Of a DNA stretch of 64,000 bases, positions 53,336 to 64,000 are shown piece after piece; position 1 is the first letter of the stretch; every line of letters begins with the position of its first letter. Position numbers and translations under genes: made by a program. Origin of the DNA: the human T2T-CHM13v2.0 reference genome, Homo sapiens; the NCBI RefSeq assembly GCF_009914755.1, contig NC_060940.1; one strand, written 5' to 3'. Under the pieces are notes generated by a model that had not been told where the DNA came from, made no database searches, and worked only from the letters and a program-made list of their open reading frames with translations.

Positions 53336-55013
53336 AGTCAAACTGGAATGATCATCTATGGGTCTGTATGGGTTTGCCTCTCTCTACTGAGTGGGGCAGA
53401 TGGCCATGGTATCCAGAAAAATACTCTTCCTTAGATAAAATAGGCATCCCAAGGCCTTTTCACACTGGGTCATAAATGTACATTTAGTGGATCATTTCCA
53501 TCACTAAAATGTAAGATCCACAAGGAAACTTGCATACTTGTAATAACTCATATACTGTAAGCCCGTGTCCAGCATGTAGTTAAGCATTGTATGTTCACCG
53601 ACTTCCTTTATCTTTCGAACAATCCTATGATAAATGTATTATTATAATCGTCATTTTGCAGATGTGAAACTGAGGCGGAGAAGAATTAAGTTGCCCAAAG
53701 TGATGTCATGTGTAAATGGAGGAGGCAGGATTTGAACCCAGGCAGTTTGGCTTCGGAGTTCTTAATAAATATTTGGGTTGGAGTAAATGAGGGAGTAAAA
53801 CTGTGGGATGACTCCTGTCCTTCATTTCTTCATTGGTGTTTTCGTAACCCCTTGTGTGGTATTTGTTGTCGACATCTTGCTGTCTAAAATATATTCCGAA
53901 AGCATCCTGTTCCTTTTTCATCTCGCTGTTTTCTTTGCTAAGCCCTTCACAGGAGGCTGGGCCTTTCTCTCTGTGTTGGGATCTTTTATATTTTAAGATA
54001 TTCTCTTCGCCAAGCATGTTGACATGTGAGTTGCAAGCAAAGCCTCTGAGAAGCAAAATGTTGAACAATTATCAGTTGAAGACATCATGTCACAATGAAC
54101 TTCTCTTTAAACAAATAAAAAAGTCCCATAGCAAACTCCTTTTATCTGAGGATCTCCAGGGGCCCCTCTGACACTGGATTGTCACACCGAGACATTTCAA
54201 ACACAGACTCTCATCATTTAGTCTGGTTGCTGGGGCCCCAGACTTCTTTAGAATAGATAATGCAGCTTCATTACGGTTCTGTGTGAATGTGCCTGGAAAA
54301 GGATCATTGCATTTCTTTTAAAAAGCGTTGGCATTTTTTTTTTCCTTCCAGCCACTTAATTGGGATTGTGATGTGAAAAAAGAAGCATAGAACAAAACTT
54401 CCAATAAAAAAATTTGGACTCAGTCTCCATAATGTCATCCAGGCTTGCTTTGGCCTTGATGAATTCAGCACTTCAGAGGGTATGTCAACACAATAAATTT
54501 TATGCCCTCAATAAAACTTGTGAGTGAGCTCAGTGAGAAATTCCAAGGTCTGGGAAGACAATTAACGTTTGAAATATATATTGAGTTGTGTACTGCGACA
54601 TTTTATGTGGCCACAGAGCTGTACCCGATGTCACAGGGGAAAAATTTCCCTAGGAAATGCAAGGTTTGCTTTTCAAATAACATTGACATGTCAGATTCCT
54701 CCCCAAATACAGAGGAATGTAAGAAATGACTACCAATGAAAATCCAGTGACATTCTCTGACCACATTGATGTGATTCTCCTTGTTTTCCATTTCAACTGG
54801 CAGTTGTCTTCAGAGTGTATCTGTTGTCAACATCTCAGCACCTTAATTTTATTAGACTATTTATATGACTATTCTTTGTAGTTCTGTGTGCATGGGGGTG
54901 TCTTATTAATTGATTTGACTGGAGTTCAAGCCCCAGCCCTACCTTTTAGTCAATGTATGATGTTATACAAATTGTATTACCTCTCTGGACTTTATTTTCT
55001 GTTGTGAGAATTA

Positions 55014-56837
<1,824 letters not shown>

Positions 56838-56977
56838 TAAATGCAACAACAGGTTATCATATAGTCTGTTAATTATAATTTAAGAAGTCGCTATCATTTC
56901 TTTGTGTAAGATTAAGCTCTCTTTGAGGAGGGTGCTAAGGCACAGATTGTGAGCAGATAAAAAAATGTCAGTTAACA

Positions 56978-57720
<743 letters not shown>

Positions 57721-58047
57721 AGTAAGAAGAGGTAAAGAATCTGAGACCACTTATATATACAAAAGGTACCCAAGAAACATACAGTTTTCTCTCTTTTGGA
57801 TTCATATCTCAAATCTTTTGAATTGACCTTATTTTCTACAATCCAAGTAAAGATTGAGTTCTTTCTTTTCCTTCTATTTGACAAAATCATAGATTTGTTC
57901 CACCAGTGACTCATTTTTCCTTTCAGAAAATCATGTACTTTTTATTCAAGGTCTCCAGAAACTCTTTGGCTGAAGGTGAAATGTGTATTGATATTGACTC
58001 ATCTTTAAATGTCAATGACCAGTCAAGATAATTAAGGAGTTAAGTAT

Positions 58048-58700
58048 TGGTTGCAGAGAAAAGGGAACGCTTATACACTGTTAGGGGGAGTGTAAATTAG
58101 TTCAACCCTTGTGGAAAGCAGTGTGGTAATTCCTCAAAGAGCTAAAAGCAGAACTACCATTTGACCCAGAAATGCCACTACTGGATATATACCCAAAGTA
58201 ATAGAAATGGTTCTATCATAGAGACACAGGCACATATATGTTCATTGCAGCAGTAGTCACAATAGCAAAGACGTGGAATCAACCTAAATGCCCATCAATG
58301 GTAGACTGGATAAAGAAAATGTGGTACATATCCACCACAGAATATTATGCAGCTATAAAAAAGAATGAGATCATGCTCTTTGCAGGAACATGGATGGAGC
58401 TGGAGGCCATTATCCTTAGCAAGTGATGTGGGAACAGAAAACCAAATACCACATGTTCTCACGTGTAAGTGGGAGCTAAATGATGAGAACACAAGGACAC
58501 ACAGAGGGAAAGAATAGACACTAGGCCTACTTGAGGGTGAAGGGTTAGGGGAGGGAGAAGATAAGAAAAAATAACTATTGCATATCAGGCTTAGTACCTG
58601 GGTGACCAAATAATGTGTACAATAATCCCCTGTGACATGAGTTTACCTATGTAACAAAACTGCACATGTACCCCTGAATCTAAAAGAAACGTTAAAAGAG
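58048..58700 (+). mobile_element. Older L1PA 3' end
   Basis: gagaaaagggaacgcttatacactg...catggatggagctggaggccattatcc...gcacatgtacccctgaatctaaa. Confidence 0.92.
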
Positions 58701-58708
58701 TAAAGTGT

Positions 58709-59028
<320 letters not shown>

Positions 59029-59865
59029 TTACTCATCTATTCAAATCAAGTGACACTATGGTGTGCACGAGACTGGAAATCAGGAAGAAGTACAAGATTC
59101 TAGTCTCAGCTCTGTCACTAAGTGTGGACAAGACAGTGATGTTCTCTGGGGGTAATCTACAAGAAAAAAGGCTGAGGAAGCCACAGGGCAAATCATTTAA
59201 TGACGTTAACTATTTTCAGTAATCTCTCAATGCAGAAGTCATCGTCTAAATAAGCATTCCTTTCCAAATGCAGTCTAGCTATTTTGCCTAAAAGTTGGCA
59301 GATGTGACTTGCCCCAGGGTAGAGAACATCTTAAGAAAGATATTTTAAATGTGGTGTTTAAACAACCTATAACAATTATGCAGGGGTTTTTTAAGTTCAT
59401 ATAACAATTCTACTGCTTTTTGCTCATTCATTGTTTCTGTTTTTCTCATTGTTGATCCAGTAATTTCACTTTTAAGGAAATAGAGATGAGGAAAAAGGTT
59501 TATGTACAAAAATGTTCATTGTGGTACTTAAAAAAATTAAAGTAAAAAATTGGACAGAACTTAAATGTCTAATCATAAGGGACTGATTGAGTAAATTATT
59601 GTAAATCTATTTAATGGACTATAATGCAGATGTTAAAATCATGTTTTAAACCATTTTAATGACTTGACAACGTTCTTATGGTATAATATTAGATGAAATA
59701 TGTAAAATAAGAAAAGCATAATATTTTATGACCATCAATTCTTTAAAAATGCAATAATAAGTTTGTAAGGAAATTCAGAGGAACAGGAATGGTGATTATC
59801 TCAGGATTGTGACATTCTAAGTACTTTGCATGTTCTTTACATTTTTCTACGTTTTCTATTTTTGA

Positions 59866-60165
<300 letters not shown>

Positions 60166-61274
60166 TATTTTTCATTTTTGTTAAAGTAATACATTTACAT
60201 ACACACATAGGCATGCCCTACCGTTTTTACATTCTGGGTTCAGGATTCAGGGTGTCAGAGGAACAGGAATTCCAGTGGAGGTAAGCTCTGATCTGGGGAG
60301 AGACTCTGGGGACACGGGTGTGCTCATTCCTGGATTTGGGGTCATCCTGTTTGGATGGCTCCCAGAGGGAATTAAGAAGCCTTTGGCAGAACCACTTCTG
60401 ATCGAGACAGACAGGCAGTAGTCTTTGAACCCAAGCACTGGCTTACAACTTGGACTTGATGAAGGCATTACAAAATCACTTTATATTGCTCATTCTTTCC
60501 AGCAACTTCTCTGTGAATTCTAGTTGGAGGAAAAAACAAACAAACAAAAAACAAACACAGACTTTAGACACAAGACGTTTTGCAGCCTCCAGATCTGCTC
60601 ACACTTTGCCACCGGTGTCTGTAGGGGATAAAGTCAACTCTGCAGGGTTGGCAAATGGCAAGATTTGCATACACCCAGAAATCACCATTGTGATCTTCGT
60701 TTAGACAGCAGTGCCCCCAGAACCCGCCTGCTAGCCCTATTCTCCCAATGACATATAGGAGAGACTTCCAAAGAGGTTTGGGTCTGAGGTCACAAGTGGT
60801 TTTCATACTGAAAGTAATTTTGGTGGAAAGGAGACGGCTTCAAAACTCCTGATGCTCTTTATTGTCTTCAAACAGCTTAAACAGAATGTGCAGGAAATAT
60901 AAGCTCCTCCCTTTAAAACACTGACCTTTTTTCACATTAGTTTCCCTGGAAGTTTGAACAAAGAATCAGTGGGTAAAGAAAATGATTTGGGATCCCAGTT
61001 GTACAGCGGGCATTTTTTGAAGTGTTTTATCATCTTGCCAGAGTGGATATGCTTGGCTGGAGTTAGAGCCCGCCAGTGAGGATCTCAAGCTCAAGAACTC
61101 AACACTCCTGCCTTTCTAGGGTTTGATTTACTCTAACACATACGCACTGCCAAGGTCATTGCCACCCTTTAGAGGATGATGCGACAATATGGTGTTTAAG
61201 ACAAACTTGCAAATAGGTTACCAGCCCATGGAAGAATTTATTTTTATTTTTATTTTTTAACCAGACTCAACCTG

Positions 61275-61590
<316 letters not shown>

Positions 61591-61688
61591 TTAACCTGTT
61601 TTTAAGATAAACCCAGGTACAAACATGCAATAAAGCAACATTCCTTTGTTTCCTCAACGTGAAGCTCAGTTGTGACAAGGTGCTCTAT

Positions 61689-62645
<957 letters not shown>

Positions 62646-62783
62646 GGAAGATCACACATTTTAACTAGGTCCCTGTTGTGCACTGAATTACTTAGGAGAT
62701 CATCAGGGGTTCCTAAGATGGTCTCAGGTGGTAGAAACTTATGAGCGAGAGGATAAACTAGAAGAGAGTAAAAAATATTACTC

Positions 62784-64000
62784 TGTGGTGGGAGAACAGG
62801 GAATTAGGGTAACGGAGGTTCAGCAGGTGCAGCCAGTTCACATAAGCAAAAGAACAGCAGGTCCAGCCAGTTTGCATAAGCAAAAAAACAGCAGGTGCAG
62901 CACATAGGCCACATCCTTGCTCCCATGATAACAAGCCACTTCAGCTTCCCATTGGTCACGGGCCAGTCCTTCAAAGGGTGTAACCAACTGGAGACCTCTA
63001 AAAGGCACCTAGGGGTGTTGCCAAGTTCTTTTGGCTTTATAAAAACTCTTGGGAGGATTGCAGTAAGCAGGCACTTGAGTTGCTTGTTCGAGCCTGCTCT
63101 CTGTGAGTTGTGTTCAATATCTCTGCCCATCGTGTGGCATTTTGTTCAATTCCTTGTCCAATACGCCAAGAACCTGGACAACTCACGATTAGGACCTTCT
63201 GATAACATATTTTGGCGAACCAGTCAGGAGGTAAGACAATATTTTGGGACTTTTTAATATTCCTCTTCTCTGAGTGGGGCGAGGGACTCTCATTTCATGT
63301 ATGAATTCTTTATGCATAAGAGCGTGGAATTTTCCATTGTTTGTAGGGATAAACCCCATAATAATTTCACAGTACATTGCAAGATTGCTTGTTTCATGAG
63401 TTTCAGGCCGAAGAAGCTTATTTCACTTGGTGAGACGCAAAGAGCTGAGCGTTGCATCCGTTGACCAAGGGAATCATAGACCATTCCATTGCCTATGGAG
63501 GAAAAACATCCTCAGAGATGCCTGACCCCCTAGGGTCAGAGGCATCAGCAACAGATAGGCCCTCCTTAGGCCAGATCACTATGGGAAACAATATTCAGAC
63601 GAGTTTTCGCTAGTACCAATAGACGCCTTTGCTGGCTTGGTTGAAGCCTACCCTAACAGAACAGAGAAGGCTAAGAAGGTTATAAAGGTTCTCTTGAAGG
63701 AAATCATCTCCTGGTTTGGATTACCCCAAAGCCTCCACCACAAAGTCTCCAAAGTAATAACAGCCCATCTTTTATCTCCCAAATAACTCAAGCGGTTGCT
63801 AAGGCTGTTGGAATACAAGCTACTTCAGGCCCTGATTGACTGCGGGCCAGGTCTCCACTTCAGCCTCTGATTGGTGGCAGGCCAAGCCTTCATGGGGTGT
63901 AGCCAACTGGAGGCCTCTAAAGGGACCGAGGGGTGTTGCTGGGCTCTGGCTTCATGAAAACTCTAAGGAGGCTCTTGAGCCGCTTGCTCAAGCCCCCTCC
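62784..64000 (+). mobile_element. Deleted ERV1 provirus: 5' LTR 62784-63207, PBS 63213-63230, integrase fragment 63610-63818, partial second LTR from about 63825 to the window end
   Basis: TG...CA LTR ends; PBS TGGCGAACCAGTCAGGAG; translation IDAFAGLVEAYPNRTEKAKKVIKVLLKEIISWFGLPQSL / LQSNNSPSFISQITQ is integrase core; 63858-63995 resembles 62939-63095. Confidence 0.82.

Overview
Primate, human-like genomic DNA with no intact protein-coding gene recognised, so it reads as intergenic or deep intronic. It is dominated by interspersed repeats: about 32 Alus, L1PA/L1M fragments, MIR/L2, MaLR/ERVL/ERV1 LTRs, and hAT/Tigger MITEs. The main non-TE feature is a minus-strand processed pseudogene of SPRING1 (C12orf49) at about 31393-33700. 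Its Cys-rich segment has expanded into seven tandem 63-bp copies with an alternating 126-bp higher-order pattern, and an alternative 194-codon frame stays open across the array. The retrocopy sits in a nested stack inside an old L1M. In that stack a 4.3-kb L1PA is flanked by two copies of what looks like the same Alu, suggesting a giant target-site duplication. Other oddities: an LTR-less ERVL gag-pro fragment between the two arms of a MER53 palindrome, two templated 'doublet' duplications, a MER41 LTR with one intact GAS site, a heavily deleted ERV1 provirus with a tRNA-Arg PBS, and several candidate enhancers. Family names come from recalled consensus and protein sequences, not from a database search. 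Repeat boundaries are approximate.
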